IMG/VR virus record: IMGVR_UViG_3300015265_000205
Coordinates: 3,222 to 67,221 of that record
Strand: one strand, 5' to 3'
Origin: a virus
DNA length: 64,000 nt
A program made the position numbers and the translations under genes. The notes beneath the pieces were generated by a model. The model searched no databases, was not told the origin of the DNA, and saw nothing but the letters and a program-made list of their open reading frames with translations. Shown here piece by piece: positions 46,285 through 57,578 of the stretch (the first letter of the stretch is position 1; the number at the start of each line of letters is the position of its first letter).

Positions 46285-49200
46285 TGCCTGATATCGCCGA
46301 GCTTGGCCTTTCGATTGACACGCGCCAACTGGAGCAGGGCGCCCAGGCCATGGATCGCCTCGGCGCCGCCAGTGAGAGTGTCGAGAAGAAGGTCGACAGC
46401 GCGACGACGGCCATAGACAAACTTGGCAAGGCGAGCGCGGACGCCAAGGGCAAAACTACGGAAGGCGCAGCCGCTGTCGATGCTGTGGGCGAGGCAGGCG
46501 CGCGCGTGGTCCAAAAGGTGGATGCTGCGACCGCTTCTATCGACGCGATGGGCGCCACCGCCACCCGCATTCGCACTGTTTTCCTCGGCGGTAGCAACAC
46601 GCTCGACGGCTTCATGGGTTCGTCGATGGGCGTCTGGCGTAGCAGTGAGGCTGCCGCTGCAGGGATTGATAGTCTTGGCAATGCCGCGGAACGCACCTGG
46701 AAGAAGCAAGCTGACTACAACGGGGCCATGAACGATACTGCGCGCATTATGCGGCAGGCCGCCGACGCTGCGCGCACCCTGGAAGAGTCCAACCACCGAA
46801 TGTTGCTTGAGCTGCAGCGCGAGATCGACACTTTCGGCATGGCACGCGGCGAACTGGAGCGCTATCGCGCCGCCGAGTTGGGCCTGGGTAGCGCGGCCCA
46901 GACCAAGGCAGCGGCATTAGGCAATAGCATAGATGCCATGCACCGCGAAGAGCGGGCCGCCCGCGATGCAGCGGGAGCGCAGGATCGGGCAGCAGCCGCT
47001 GGTGATCGTTTTATCAAGAACCTGCAGGACCAAGTGGCCACGTTGGGAATGACGACCCAGCAGCTACAAACCTACCGCGCCGCCCAGTTGGGCGTATCCG
47101 ATGCCGCAGCTCCGTTAATCAACAAGCTGGCGGAGACAGGAGAAGGCGCCAAGAAGGCTGGTGGCCATATGGAAGGCTTCAGCTTCCAGTCGGCCAGCGC
47201 GAAACGTGAACTGCTCGTGCTCGCTCATGAATTGAGCCAAGGGCAGTTCCAGCGCTTCGGTGGTTCGATGATGGTTCTTGGCGAACAAACTGGCGCGGCC
47301 GGCCTGCTCTTCAGTAGCACCGGCCTGGCCGTGCTGGGCCTGGCGGCGGCCATTGCAACGGTCGGGTACGCCCTGATCAAAGGCGCAGGCGAGCAGCGTG
47401 AAATGAATAATGCCCTGATCTCGACCAACAACTATGCCGGCGTGACCAGCGACAGGTTGAATGATATGGCACATGCGGCAACCGAGGCTGGCGGAAGTAT
47501 TCGTGAGGCAAAGAAGGTCGTTACGGAACTGGCTGGCACGGGCAAATTTACGGGCGACCAGATTGCCTACATCTCCGATGCGATCATCGCGCTTGAGCAT
47601 GCAGGCAGCAGCACCATTAAGAAAACCATCGCTGAATTCGAATCACTGGCCGTACAAATGACGGGCAATGGTGCGCGCTCGACGGAAGCAATTACCCGTG
47701 CCGCGCTGAAGCTTGATGATACCTACCACTTTTTGACAATTGAAGTATTTGCGCATATTCGCGCCTTGGAAAAAGAAGGGGAGCAAAAGGCGGCATCCGC
47801 TTTGGCAACAGAAGAATTTGCAAAGGCAACAAAAGACGGTGCTGAGAAGATGGTAAAAAATCTCGGATCGGTGGCAACCGCTTGGCATGGTGTCACCGAG
47901 GCTATTGGCGAGGCTATGTCCGCAATCGGTGACTTCGCCAAGAAAGGTTCATTAGCTAAGGATGTGGACGCTCACAGTTTCCGCCTAAATGAATTTGACC
48001 GCGAGCTAAGGGAAAGTAATGTTCGCCTGGGCCGAAATCCAGATGCTATCTCACCTACATTGGACGCGGCTCGCACTAAAATTGTCCTGGGATTAACGGC
48101 CGCTGTTGAAAAACTGAATATCGCCGAGGCCGAAGCTATTGCACAGGGAGATGCGCAGCAAAAAAAATCAGCCTTGATGCATGATATGCAACGTATGCAG
48201 GCGGCCGATGATAAGCGCAAGGAAGAATCTCTTGGCCGACTGAATGTCGAATTGGAGAAGAATAGGAGGACGCAGCAAGCGCTCATCGACCTGAAATCGA
48301 GTGATCCCCTTATCCTGGCTATGATCACGCCGGAGGCCATTGAGGCGCGCCGTCTCGCGACCATCAAGGAATTTTCCAAAAAGCCCACGGGCGTAAAGAC
48401 TGACCAGGTAGAAAACACGCAGCTTGCGGACCAAATCAAGCAGTATGAGAAAGAGGCTGCAGTCGCCAAGGCGCACTATGATGCCCTGGGCAAGCTTGAT
48501 GACATGTATCTGAGGGGCGGTGAGTTATCAGTTCAGCAGGCATACGAGAACAAGCGCTCGTATGCAACCAAAACATATGAAGCCCAGATTGATGCATATG
48601 ACCTGGAGCTCGATGCTTTGACCAGCCACAACAGCCGGACCAAGGGCGAGGCTGCGAAACACGAAAAGCAGATCAACGAGATCCTCGGGAAACGTGACGC
48701 GGCCGAGAAAGCCTTCTTTGACGAGAGTTTCCGTCGGGACGAAGAGGAACGCCTGCGCCAGGCGGCCATCGCCACTGCCGCATCCGATGCTGCAAACAAG
48801 GAAATCGCCGCCATTAACGCCCAGGTTGCCGCTGTTGAGGAGCAAATCCGCACCTACGGCTTGTTGCCGGCGCAAAAGACCGCTTTGGCTGTCGCAGACC
48901 TTGAAGAGCAAAAGGCTGCCCTTGCTAGTTTCGAGGGCAACGAGAAGGTCATTGATGGTATCAATCGCAAGATTGAAGCGTTGAACCGTCTTGGCATTGT
49001 GCAAGGGAAGGCTTCGACGCAAGAGCAGGGCGGCGACGTGGCCAAGGCCAAGGAGCTGCTGGACATTCTGACGGCTGTCGATACCGCAACGAAGTCGGCA
49101 GCGCAAGGTATGACGGCGTCCTTCGGCGCGGTCGGCGCTGCCATCGGCGGGCTGACGACAGCATTATCTGGCTATGCCGTACAACAGCAGGCTATTGCTG

Positions 49201-52022
49201 CGCAGTTGGCAGTTTCCACTAAAGATGCGCATGGCGATCCTACCAAGGTCGCCAAGGCTCAAGCCGCGGCAGCCCAGCAGGGCGCGCAGGCGCAGATCAA
49301 GTCGTATGGAGACATGGCCAGCGCCGCCAAGGGCTTCTTCAAGGAAAACAGCACCGGCTACAAGGTGATGGAAACTGCAGAAAAAGCATTTCGCGCATAT
49401 GAAATGGCGATGGCCGTCGAGTCGATGATCAAGAAGATTTTCTTCAAAGAAACGGAGGTGGCAGCCAATCTGACTTTGAACGCCACCAAGCTGACAGGCG
49501 AGGCGACGACCACGGCCGCGTCCACCGGCCTGGCCGCGACCGAGGCCAGCGCTTGGGGCATTACGGCCGTGGTGAAAGCCTTGGCCTCGCTGCCGTTCCC
49601 TATGAACCTGGCGGCAGGCGCCGCGACGCTGGCGGCCGTGGTGGCAATCGGGGCAAAAATGTTCGGTGGTATGGGCGGTGGCAGTGTCAGTCTGTCCGAA
49701 CAACGCCAGGCGGCCAACGGCACCGGCACGGTGTTGGGTGATTCGTCGGCGAAATCGGAATCGATCGCGCACTCGTTGGCCATCATGGAAAAGAATTCCG
49801 GGCTGGGCCTGGCGCACACCATTTCCATGGATTCATCTCTGCGACAGATGGTGGATGGCATCGGGAACCTGGCCGGACTTCTGGCCCGGTCGGGCGTGGC
49901 CGCCGCCGGCGGTGGCGCAGCGGCTGGAGTGCAGACTGGATCAGTGTCGACGTTGGGCAAGGGCGGGCAACTCGCGCTTTCTGGCGCTGCCACATACGGC
50001 GGCGCGATGTTGGGCGGTGCAGTCGGTAGTGTGCTCACGATGGGCACCATCGGCGGCACACTGACCACGATGGGGGCTGTCGCCGGCCCAATCGGCATGG
50101 CGATCGGTGCGGCAATTGGTTTTGCGGTGTCGAAATTATTTAAGACGTCGACGTCGGTGAAAGACCAGGGCATCACCGGCAATGCCATGTCGCTCGGTGA
50201 CGTGGACGCCTTGGGCTTCACTGCCCAAGCGTATGCCGATATTAACGTCAAGAAGAAGGCGCTCGGCATCAGTTATAGCAGCAAAGACAGCACGCAGAAA
50301 GCAGCGCTTTCGGATGAAATGAACAATCAGTTCACTATGATCATCAGCGGTATGGGGCAGACCATCCGCAATGCGGCAAATGTGCTGGGCTTGGGTGGCG
50401 ATACGTTCAATGCCCGGCTCAACTCTTTTGTGGTCGACCTGGGCAAGATCAGCCTCAAGGATTTGACAGGCGAGGAGCAGCAGAAAGCGCTGGAAACCGC
50501 ATTTTCCAAGATGGGTGATGACATGGCCCGCTGGGGAGTGGCCGGCCTGCAGCAATTTCAGGTCGTAGGGGAGGGCTACCTGGAAACCCTGGCGCGCGTC
50601 GCCAACAACTATGTGCAGGTGACGGACGTGCTGGCGGTGCTGGGCAAGTCGTTCAGCACGACCGGCCTGGGTGCAGTAGCGCTGAGCGAGCACCTGATCG
50701 AGGTGTCTGGCGGTATCGAAAAGTTGACCAGCGGCACCGGCTACTTTGTGCAAAATTTCCTGTCGGAAGCCGAGCGCATGGCGCCAATCACTAAATCGGT
50801 GAATGAAGCCATGGGAAAGCTGGGCCTGTCTGGCGTGAAAACGACGGATGCCTTCAAGGCCGCCGTGCTGTCAGCCGCCGACGGCGTGGCGACCGGTCGT
50901 GCTGGGGCGGCCGAGTTGTACGCGTCCTTGCTGGCATTGGCTGAGCCGTTCAAGGCTGCGGCAGATTACGCGGCTGAGCTGGCAGCGGCCACTGGTGAGT
51001 ATGCCGCAGTGGCCAAGACGGCGAGTGAGATCGCCACTGAGCACCGCGACCTGCAGCAACAATTGAACGAATTGACGAAAAGCGAGACGGAGTTGCTGGC
51101 CATCCAGCGCGCCGGCATTGCCGATGTCAACAAGGCATTGTTCGACCAGGTGCAGGCCGCCAAAGCGGTGGTGTCGGCCAAGGACGCACTGGGAAAGGCC
51201 TACGACAGAGAGGCAGCAGCGGCCCAGACGGCGCTGGATAAATCGAAGTCGTGGGTGTCCACGCTTAACGGCCTGAACGCCAGTATGGCCCTGGGCGGCC
51301 AGTCGACGCTGACGCCGGAGCAGAAGTACGCCGAGGCGCGCGCCCAGTTCGAGAAGACACTGGCGGCAGCGAATGCCGGTGACACGACGGCGCAGTCCGG
51401 CCTGTCGGCTGCCGAGCAGGCCTTCCTGACAGCTTCTCAGGTGGTCAATGCCTCGGATGCCAAGTACGCAGCAGATTACGCCCGCGTGGTGGCGGCCAAC
51501 AACGAGGCGCTGAAATGGGCTTCGGCCCAGGTCGACGTGCAGCAGGCCAGCCTGGATGCCCTCAAGGCCCAGGTGTCGGGCCTGATCACCATCAACGACA
51601 GCGTGCTGACGGTGGCGCAAGCCATCGCCAACCTGCAAGCGGTGATGGGCACGGCGACCGGCCTGGGCGTGCGGTTCGACGGCTCCCATGCCGGCGGCCT
51701 GGCCAATGTGCCGTTTGATGGCTACGCGGCCGAACTGCATCGCGGTGAAGTGGTGGTCGACGCGCAGGCGGCAGCGGCCATGCGCCGTTACTTCGGTGGC
51801 GCACCAAGCCAGGGCGGTGGCAATACCGATGCCCTGGTGGCCGAGATCAAGGGCCTGCGGGAAGAGGTCAAGGGGCTGCGCGCCGATCAGGACAAGCAGA
51901 CCGGCGCCACCATCCAGGCCACCGTCGTATCGAATGACAAGGCCGCTAAAACGGTCGTGGCCGGCGTCGACAAATCCGCCAAGGCATCCGCCTGGGCGAA
52001 ACAAGTGGAGTACTCCCAATGA
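46284..52022 (+). CDS. Tape measure protein
   Basis: 1912 aa, Ala-rich helical; SHAGGL..VPFDGY.AELHRGE C-terminus. Confidence 0.93.
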   Translation: MPDIAELGLSIDTRQLEQGAQAMDRLGAASESVEKKVDSATTAIDKLGKASADAKGKTTEGAAAVDAVGEAGARVVQKVDAATASIDAMGATATRIRTVFLGGSNTLDGFMGSSMGVWRSSEAAAAGIDSLGNAAERTWKKQADYNGAMNDTARIMRQAADAARTLEESNHRMLLELQREIDTFGMARGELERYRAAELGLGSAAQTKAAALGNSIDAMHREERAARDAAGAQDRAAAAGDRFIKNLQDQVATLGMTTQQLQTYRAAQLGVSDAAAPLINKLAETGEGAKKAGGHMEGFSFQSASAKRELLVLAHELSQGQFQRFGGSMMVLGEQTGAAGLLFSSTGLAVLGLAAAIATVGYALIKGAGEQREMNNALISTNNYAGVTSDRLNDMAHAATEAGGSIREAKKVVTELAGTGKFTGDQIAYISDAIIALEHAGSSTIKKTIAEFESLAVQMTGNGARSTEAITRAALKLDDTYHFLTIEVFAHIRALEKEGEQKAASALATEEFAKATKDGAEKMVKNLGSVATAWHGVTEAIGEAMSAIGDFAKKGSLAKDVDAHSFRLNEFDRELRESNVRLGRNPDAISPTLDAARTKIVLGLTAAVEKLNIAEAEAIAQGDAQQKKSALMHDMQRMQAADDKRKEESLGRLNVELEKNRRTQQALIDLKSSDPLILAMITPEAIEARRLATIKEFSKKPTGVKTDQVENTQLADQIKQYEKEAAVAKAHYDALGKLDDMYLRGGELSVQQAYENKRSYATKTYEAQIDAYDLELDALTSHNSRTKGEAAKHEKQINEILGKRDAAEKAFFDESFRRDEEERLRQAAIATAASDAANKEIAAINAQVAAVEEQIRTYGLLPAQKTALAVADLEEQKAALASFEGNEKVIDGINRKIEALNRLGIVQGKASTQEQGGDVAKAKELLDILTAVDTATKSAAQGMTASFGAVGAAIGGLTTALSGYAVQQQAIAAQLAVSTKDAHGDPTKVAKAQAAAAQQGAQAQIKSYGDMASAAKGFFKENSTGYKVMETAEKAFRAYEMAMAVESMIKKIFFKETEVAANLTLNATKLTGEATTTAASTGLAATEASAWGITAVVKALASLPFPMNLAAGAATLAAVVAIGAKMFGGMGGGSVSLSEQRQAANGTGTVLGDSSAKSESIAHSLAIMEKNSGLGLAHTISMDSSLRQMVDGIGNLAGLLARSGVAAAGGGAAAGVQTGSVSTLGKGGQLALSGAATYGGAMLGGAVGSVLTMGTIGGTLTTMGAVAGPIGMAIGAAIGFAVSKLFKTSTSVKDQGITGNAMSLGDVDALGFTAQAYADINVKKKALGISYSSKDSTQKAALSDEMNNQFTMIISGMGQTIRNAANVLGLGGDTFNARLNSFVVDLGKISLKDLTGEEQQKALETAFSKMGDDMARWGVAGLQQFQVVGEGYLETLARVANNYVQVTDVLAVLGKSFSTTGLGAVALSEHLIEVSGGIEKLTSGTGYFVQNFLSEAERMAPITKSVNEAMGKLGLSGVKTTDAFKAAVLSAADGVATGRAGAAELYASLLALAEPFKAAADYAAELAAATGEYAAVAKTASEIATEHRDLQQQLNELTKSETELLAIQRAGIADVNKALFDQVQAAKAVVSAKDALGKAYDREAAAAQTALDKSKSWVSTLNGLNASMALGGQSTLTPEQKYAEARAQFEKTLAAANAGDTTAQSGLSAAEQAFLTASQVVNASDAKYAADYARVVAANNEALKWASAQVDVQQASLDALKAQVSGLITINDSVLTVAQAIANLQAVMGTATGLGVRFDGSHAGGLANVPFDGYAAELHRGEVVVDAQAAAAMRRYFGGAPSQGGGNTDALVAEIKGLREEVKGLRADQDKQTGATIQATVVSNDKAAKTVVAGVDKSAKASAWAKQVEYSQ

Positions 52023-53488
52023 ACGATGCGCAATTTTTGGCATGGCTGCAAAACCCGTCAGCCACACGCATGGTGCTGATCGAGGCGCAGGTGAATGTGG
52101 CCGGAGTGGAAGTGACGCGGTTTATTTCCTCCTGGCCGTATGTCACCGGCCCGGCTGACACCCCGCCGGGCACCGAATACTTGCCGCTGGCCACCGGCGG
52201 GCTGGCCTTCACCGAGCAGGTCAGCCTGTCCGGCGAGGCGGGCTTGTCAGGCGGCGATATCGAGCTCGATAACGCCGATGGCGCCCTCGATGGCTGGCTT
52301 ACCGACGTCTGGCGCAATCGGCCCATCAAGGCATGGTCCGGAGATCCGGCCTGGCCGCGCAGCGACTTCCGGCTGGTTTTTGACGGCATCGTCGCCGATA
52401 TCGGCAGTTCGGCACGCGAATCGATCAACCTGTCGCTGCGCGACAAGCTGCAGCGCCTGGACACGCCGATTGCCGAGACGAAGCTGGGCGGCACCTCGCC
52501 AAACAAGGATGCCACCCTGCCGATCCCGTTTGGCGAGTGCCACAACGTGACACCATTGCTGACCAATCCGGTCACGCTGGAATATGGTTTCCTGGGCGCG
52601 GTGGAGTCGAGTTTCGAGGTACGCACCAACGGCAAGCCGATTGCCGTGGCCCTGAATGACCAGGCCGGGCGCTTCAACCTGACCACCGACCCATTTTCCA
52701 CCACGATCACGGCCAGCGTGCAGGGTGACAAAGGCGGCGGCTACGCACCGCGCATCGCCCCGCTGGTGCAGCGCATTGCCACCGCATACGGCAAGGCCTC
52801 GGACCGGTTCACCCTGGCCGACCTCGACCTGGTCAACCTAGCCGCTTTCGACGCCGCCCACCAGCAACTGGTGGGCCTGTACGTTGCGGACCGGACGAAC
52901 CAGGCGCAGGCCATCCAGCAGCTAGCGGCCAGTGTGGGCGCCCAGGCGGTCATGTCGCGCACCGGCCAGTTGCGCCTGGTGCAGATCGCGCTGCCGGCAG
53001 CCGGCGTGCCGGTGGAGATCGGCCCGGAGCACATGCGACTCGATTCCCTGCGCCCGGTGCAGCGCCTGCCCGTGGTGGCGGCCGTCAAGATCGGTTTCGA
53101 CAGGAATTGGACGGTGCAAACGAACCTGACCACCAGCATCCCGCCGGCGCATGCGGACCTGTACGCCACGGAATGGCTGACCGAAACGGCGGTCGATGAG
53201 GCGGTGCGCACGCGCTACCGCCTGACGGACGACCCGCCGCAGATCGACACCTGCCTCAAGACCAACGCTGACGCCCAGGCGGAAGCGGCACGGCGCCTGG
53301 CCCTGAACAAGGTGCAGCGCACGATTTATGAATTTGACGGAGAACCCGAGATGATGATGCTGGAACTGGGACAACCCGTGGTGCTGCGCGATGATCGCTT
53401 CGGCCTGCAGGATGGCATGCCTGGCGTGGTGGTGCTGCTGTCGCACCAATGGCTGGCCGGGCGAGTGACGGTGGGAGTGCTGGTATGA
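52019..53488 (+). CDS. Tail tip / hub protein
   Basis: PIPFGECHNVTP; follows tape measure. Confidence 0.75.
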   Translation: MNDAQFLAWLQNPSATRMVLIEAQVNVAGVEVTRFISSWPYVTGPADTPPGTEYLPLATGGLAFTEQVSLSGEAGLSGGDIELDNADGALDGWLTDVWRNRPIKAWSGDPAWPRSDFRLVFDGIVADIGSSARESINLSLRDKLQRLDTPIAETKLGGTSPNKDATLPIPFGECHNVTPLLTNPVTLEYGFLGAVESSFEVRTNGKPIAVALNDQAGRFNLTTDPFSTTITASVQGDKGGGYAPRIAPLVQRIATAYGKASDRFTLADLDLVNLAAFDAAHQQLVGLYVADRTNQAQAIQQLAASVGAQAVMSRTGQLRLVQIALPAAGVPVEIGPEHMRLDSLRPVQRLPVVAAVKIGFDRNWTVQTNLTTSIPPAHADLYATEWLTETAVDEAVRTRYRLTDDPPQIDTCLKTNADAQAEAARRLALNKVQRTIYEFDGEPEMMMLELGQPVVLRDDRFGLQDGMPGVVVLLSHQWLAGRVTVGVLV

Positions 53489-55068
53489 CCGCCATCGGCG
53501 GCGCGCGCGATACGCTGCTGCAGGCCACGGCGGAGCGCTTCAGCACCACGGCCGATGGCAAGGCGATCCTGCTGGCGGGCAGCACGCCGGTGTTTCGCGT
53601 GAACAGCGCCGGCGCCGGCGCGCCCGGCTCGATTGCCATCATCGCCAAGCCGGTGAACGTGGTGGGCGATATCGTGTTTTCGGTGTCTGCAGGCACGCAG
53701 CTGACCGTCAACGGCAACGTGGCCACGGTCGATTTTGCCACCATGACCACGGATACGGCCCTGGTACAGGCGCGTATCCGTGAATTCGGCGTCGACTACA
53801 TTGGCAACTACATGATCAGCAAGGTCTTCGATGGCGCCGCCGGCGACACAGGCCTGGCCGGCATGAACACGGGCCAGGCCTTCGCCTACAAGCGCGCGGC
53901 TGCGGTACCTGTTGATTCGCCGGGTGACGTGATCTTTACCTTTGCTACGGCCGCCATCACGACGCCGGCCGGCAACGACCTGGCCAATGGCTGGTCGAAG
54001 AATATCCCGGCTGGCACGGCGCCACTATATGTGCGGGTGGCATCGGCCAGCTCGCGCAGTGCCACGGACAATATCGCCGCCAACGAGTGGGCCGGGGCCG
54101 TGCTGCTGGCGAAGGATGGCGCCGATGGTGCGAACGGCAATAATGGCGTGGATGGCCTGAATGTGGCGCCGGTGCGCATCTACCAGCGCGGCGCCACCAA
54201 CATCGCGCCAGCGCTGCCCACGGCCGCCTGCACCTTCACGTTTGCCACGGGCGCGCTGACGGGCCTGAACAACGGCTGGTCGACGCAGGTGCCGACGGCG
54301 GGCGGCGCCTACCTGTTCACCTCGGGTGCCACGGCCGCGTCGCGCACGGCGACCGATGATATCGCTCCCGGCGAGTGGGCCGCCGCCGCACGCCTGGCCG
54401 CCGACGGCGCCACGGGCCAGCGCGGCACCGTCACCGTGACGGCGCCGGGTTATTCCACCTGGTCGGATGCATCGGCCGTCTATGAACTGGGGCACGCCGG
54501 CTACGGCGCGCCGATCAACCGCGACGTGGTCACGCTGTATGACGCGACGCATGCGGTGACGAAGTATTTTGATAACGGCGCCTGGCTGGTGCTTGGCACG
54601 GTGCTGAATGGGAATTTGCTGGTCGATGGCAGTGTGGCGGCGAAGGCGGTGTCGGTGGACAAGCTATCGGCCTTCGTTTCCAATCTGGGCGAGGTGACTG
54701 CTGGCGACCTGTACGGCACTACGCTGCATGGCGGCTCAGGCTACCCCACAAACGTGGCTGACTGGCCGACAAATGGCGGCACTGGCTTCCACCTGAGTGC
54801 CGCTGGACTGCTTCTGGGCAACGCAAGGACGGCAGGGGGATACGCTGCTATCTTTGCCGACGGCACGGTAGCCATGCCAGGATTTAAAGTCAACGGCCAG
54901 GTTGCTACTTTTTCTGGCGTGCTGTCTGCCGCTACCGGCTCCTTCCAGCTTATCCGCAGTCCAAATCGTATTGCCTCAGGCACTGGTGCAGGGTATGACC
55001 TGACAGATAAAGGATTTTCTTTTTTCAATTCCGCCAATACATTAAAGATGAAAGTAGGTGAGACATAA
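53485..55068 (+). CDS. Tail fibre / tip protein with duplicated domain
   Basis: Two copies of Y.R...FTFAT..NGWS..P...SR.ATD.IA..EWA. Confidence 0.7.
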   Translation: MTAIGGARDTLLQATAERFSTTADGKAILLAGSTPVFRVNSAGAGAPGSIAIIAKPVNVVGDIVFSVSAGTQLTVNGNVATVDFATMTTDTALVQARIREFGVDYIGNYMISKVFDGAAGDTGLAGMNTGQAFAYKRAAAVPVDSPGDVIFTFATAAITTPAGNDLANGWSKNIPAGTAPLYVRVASASSRSATDNIAANEWAGAVLLAKDGADGANGNNGVDGLNVAPVRIYQRGATNIAPALPTAACTFTFATGALTGLNNGWSTQVPTAGGAYLFTSGATAASRTATDDIAPGEWAAAARLAADGATGQRGTVTVTAPGYSTWSDASAVYELGHAGYGAPINRDVVTLYDATHAVTKYFDNGAWLVLGTVLNGNLLVDGSVAAKAVSVDKLSAFVSNLGEVTAGDLYGTTLHGGSGYPTNVADWPTNGGTGFHLSAAGLLLGNARTAGGYAAIFADGTVAMPGFKVNGQVATFSGVLSAATGSFQLIRSPNRIASGTGAGYDLTDKGFSFFNSANTLKMKVGET

Positions 55069-55346
55069 TGACGGCGATGCAGCTTTTCAACGATGACGGC
55101 ACCAAGAACTGGGATTCCCGGACCGTCGCCGGCGGCATCATTGCCGACGTGCGCCAATATGCCAGCACCGAAACTGCTGAGTTGACCTATCCCATTTTTG
55201 CCTTCCGCTCGGTCGAGATCGTGCCTTTATTGCTGTGGGTTGAAGCGGGCACGATGGGCGTCGTGGCCGATACCGCACTGGGTTATCCACGCGTCACCGT
55301 AACCGTTGCCAGCACGACCAGGCGGTTTGCCGTGGAGGTGTATTAA
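55068..55346 (+). CDS. Small tail tip protein
   Basis: TAATG coupling; MQLFNDDG. Confidence 0.65.
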   Translation: MTAMQLFNDDGTKNWDSRTVAGGIIADVRQYASTETAELTYPIFAFRSVEIVPLLLWVEAGTMGVVADTALGYPRVTVTVASTTRRFAVEVY

Positions 55347-56053
55347 TGTCTACATTTGTTCAAATCGTCAATGACACCGATGAGCTGGTGATCTCTGACC
55401 GCGGCATCACCTACGGCTACATCGGGCGCGCGCAACTGTCCGGGGTGGCGCAGGCAGGGGGCGGCACCATCACGAAAACGCCAGGGCAGAGCGTCTATAC
55501 CATCGATTGGGCTGGCGACATTGTCGTTGCCCTGCCGGTCAAGGCGAACGGCACCACGGCGCTGCGCAATATCAGCAAATCCGGCAACACCTGGACCATC
55601 AACGTGCATAAGGGAAACGGCGCTTTCGATGCCAATGGCTTCGATATCCAGGAGGCGACCGAGGTCTATGTGTTCGGCGCGCCGGTGCTGGTGCCCGGTT
55701 TTACCGCAGCCTTGTATGGCGACGACACCAGTGTTTGCGCCGATCTCACCCGGCAGCCGCTGACATACCGTGCACGCATTAATATCGCGGCGGGGGCGCT
55801 GTCCTGGGGTATGCCTGCTGGCGTAGCGATCCCTGCCATTGTGGGCACGCCGATGGACTACAACGTGACCTCTGTTCGGGACGGCGCCTTTTACATCATC
55901 AGGAACCAAGCACGCGGCTGGCAGCTGGTGGCCGGCACTATTCAACGCAATATTTTCCAGAACCGCTGGCGGCGTGAAGACGGCGGCGCGAGCGCGGTCG
56001 ACACCATCCGACAAATCTCCGCCATTCTCATCGATGCAAGTGGCCTTGCCTGA
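55346..56053 (+). CDS. Tail tip protein
   Basis: Coupled, beta-rich. Confidence 0.65.
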   Translation: MSTFVQIVNDTDELVISDRGITYGYIGRAQLSGVAQAGGGTITKTPGQSVYTIDWAGDIVVALPVKANGTTALRNISKSGNTWTINVHKGNGAFDANGFDIQEATEVYVFGAPVLVPGFTAALYGDDTSVCADLTRQPLTYRARINIAAGALSWGMPAGVAIPAIVGTPMDYNVTSVRDGAFYIIRNQARGWQLVAGTIQRNIFQNRWRREDGGASAVDTIRQISAILIDASGLA

Positions 56054-56061
56054 AAGTTACC

Positions 56062-56724
56062 ATGCCCATTCTCAAATCCATTACCTTGCCCAACCATGCT
56101 GTTGGTGAATTCCACGTGGTCCGGCGCTTGGAGGTCGATTTTGTCAAATCGATTGCCATGCTATCGGTCCTGAGCTATCCGAACGAGGCGGCATATCTTG
56201 CCGGCGCCGGGCCGATTTATACCACCCCTGTCCTGGTGCCGGCGACGGCATGTGCCGCGCCGTTGTTGGCCTCGGCGGAGGTGTGGCTTACGGGTGCTGC
56301 GGAAAGCATCTTTGCGGGCGGCGTGATCACGACGGACCAGGCTCAAGGCCTGGATGCGATGAAATTGCGCCAGTGGGACCAGATCAAGGTGGCGCGCGAT
56401 GCGGCGCTCGCTGGCGGTATTGCGTTCGACGGCAGTATGTTCGACAGCGACCCGGTGTCGATCTCGCGCATCACCGGCGCAGCCATGCTGGCCATGATGG
56501 CGCTCTCTGCCGCCACGCCGTACAAGGTGACATGGGTGCTTGCTGATAATGCGACACGCGAGCTGGATGCAGCCGAAACCATGGCCCTGGGCGCGGCGGC
56601 CGGCGCGCACGTGCAAGCCGTCATCGATCAGGGGCAGGCGTTGCGCGTCGAGCTGGAAGCTGCCACCACAATAGGGCAAGTTGTAGCTGTAACATGGCCG
56701 GTACCCGTCTTGCAGGGGTTTTGA
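56062..56724 (+). CDS. DUF4376-like tail fibre assembly protein
   Basis: IKVARD..FDSD..S..RI..WVLADN. Confidence 0.75.
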   Translation: MPILKSITLPNHAVGEFHVVRRLEVDFVKSIAMLSVLSYPNEAAYLAGAGPIYTTPVLVPATACAAPLLASAEVWLTGAAESIFAGGVITTDQAQGLDAMKLRQWDQIKVARDAALAGGIAFDGSMFDSDPVSISRITGAAMLAMMALSAATPYKVTWVLADNATRELDAAETMALGAAAGAHVQAVIDQGQALRVELEAATTIGQVVAVTWPVPVLQGF

Positions 56725-57578
56725 TGACCAATCTTCGCATCGTCTACGACAACGCCGCCGACCGCGCCGACTTGAGCGCATCGAGCCAGGTCGGCACGCT
56801 GGGGCCGGCCAATCTGCAGACCGACCGCAAGTCGGCCGTGCTGCGTGCCACCGTGCCGGCGCAAACGATCACAGCGATATGGCCAACACAGGAGCCCATT
56901 GCCTGCGTGGCGCTGATCTTCACCAACATGACCAGCAGCGCGCGCATGCGCGTGCGCGGTTACGCCCAGCCGGGCGACGCCGTGCCGGTACTCGACACGG
57001 GCAGCGTCTTCCCTTGCCCGGCTGCCGTGCATGGCGCCTATCCCTGGGGCGCGCTTTCGCTGGGATGGAACGCCTACAAATGGGGTGGAGCGAACACGTG
57101 GGCGCGCGGTGGTGGCGCCGACGGCGTAGCCTGGTTCGCGCCCGTGCGCGTGCGCCAGCTGGTGATCGAGGTTTCCTCGCCACAAAGCCCGGAAGGTTAC
57201 CTCGAGATATCGCGCCTGGTGGCGGGCAATTACTGGTCGCCGGAACACAACGCTGAGTATGGTGCCCAGCTTCAGGTGCAGGACAGCAGCGAGGATTACC
57301 GCACCGCTGCCGGCGACCTCAAGACCCAGATTCGCCCGACCAGCGATAGGCTGAACATCAATCTGGCGCACCTCACGCCCAGCGACCGCGCGCGCTTCAT
57401 GCGCATCTTGCGTGAGAACGGTAAGAGCAACGCCATGTTGTTCAGCTTGTTCCCGGAAAACCCCGATCCGCTGCTGGAGCAGGACCACATGCTGTATGGC
57501 AAGGCCAGCAATATCGACGCGGTGGCCACGCCGTATTTTGAAACCTATTCCGCACCACTGCAAATCGAAGGAATTTAA
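56724..57578 (+). CDS. Tail protein
   Basis: MTNLRIVYDNAAD..GYLEISRL..YWSP..N..YG. Confidence 0.7.
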   Translation: MTNLRIVYDNAADRADLSASSQVGTLGPANLQTDRKSAVLRATVPAQTITAIWPTQEPIACVALIFTNMTSSARMRVRGYAQPGDAVPVLDTGSVFPCPAAVHGAYPWGALSLGWNAYKWGGANTWARGGGADGVAWFAPVRVRQLVIEVSSPQSPEGYLEISRLVAGNYWSPEHNAEYGAQLQVQDSSEDYRTAAGDLKTQIRPTSDRLNINLAHLTPSDRARFMRILRENGKSNAMLFSLFPENPDPLLEQDHMLYGKASNIDAVATPYFETYSAPLQIEGI

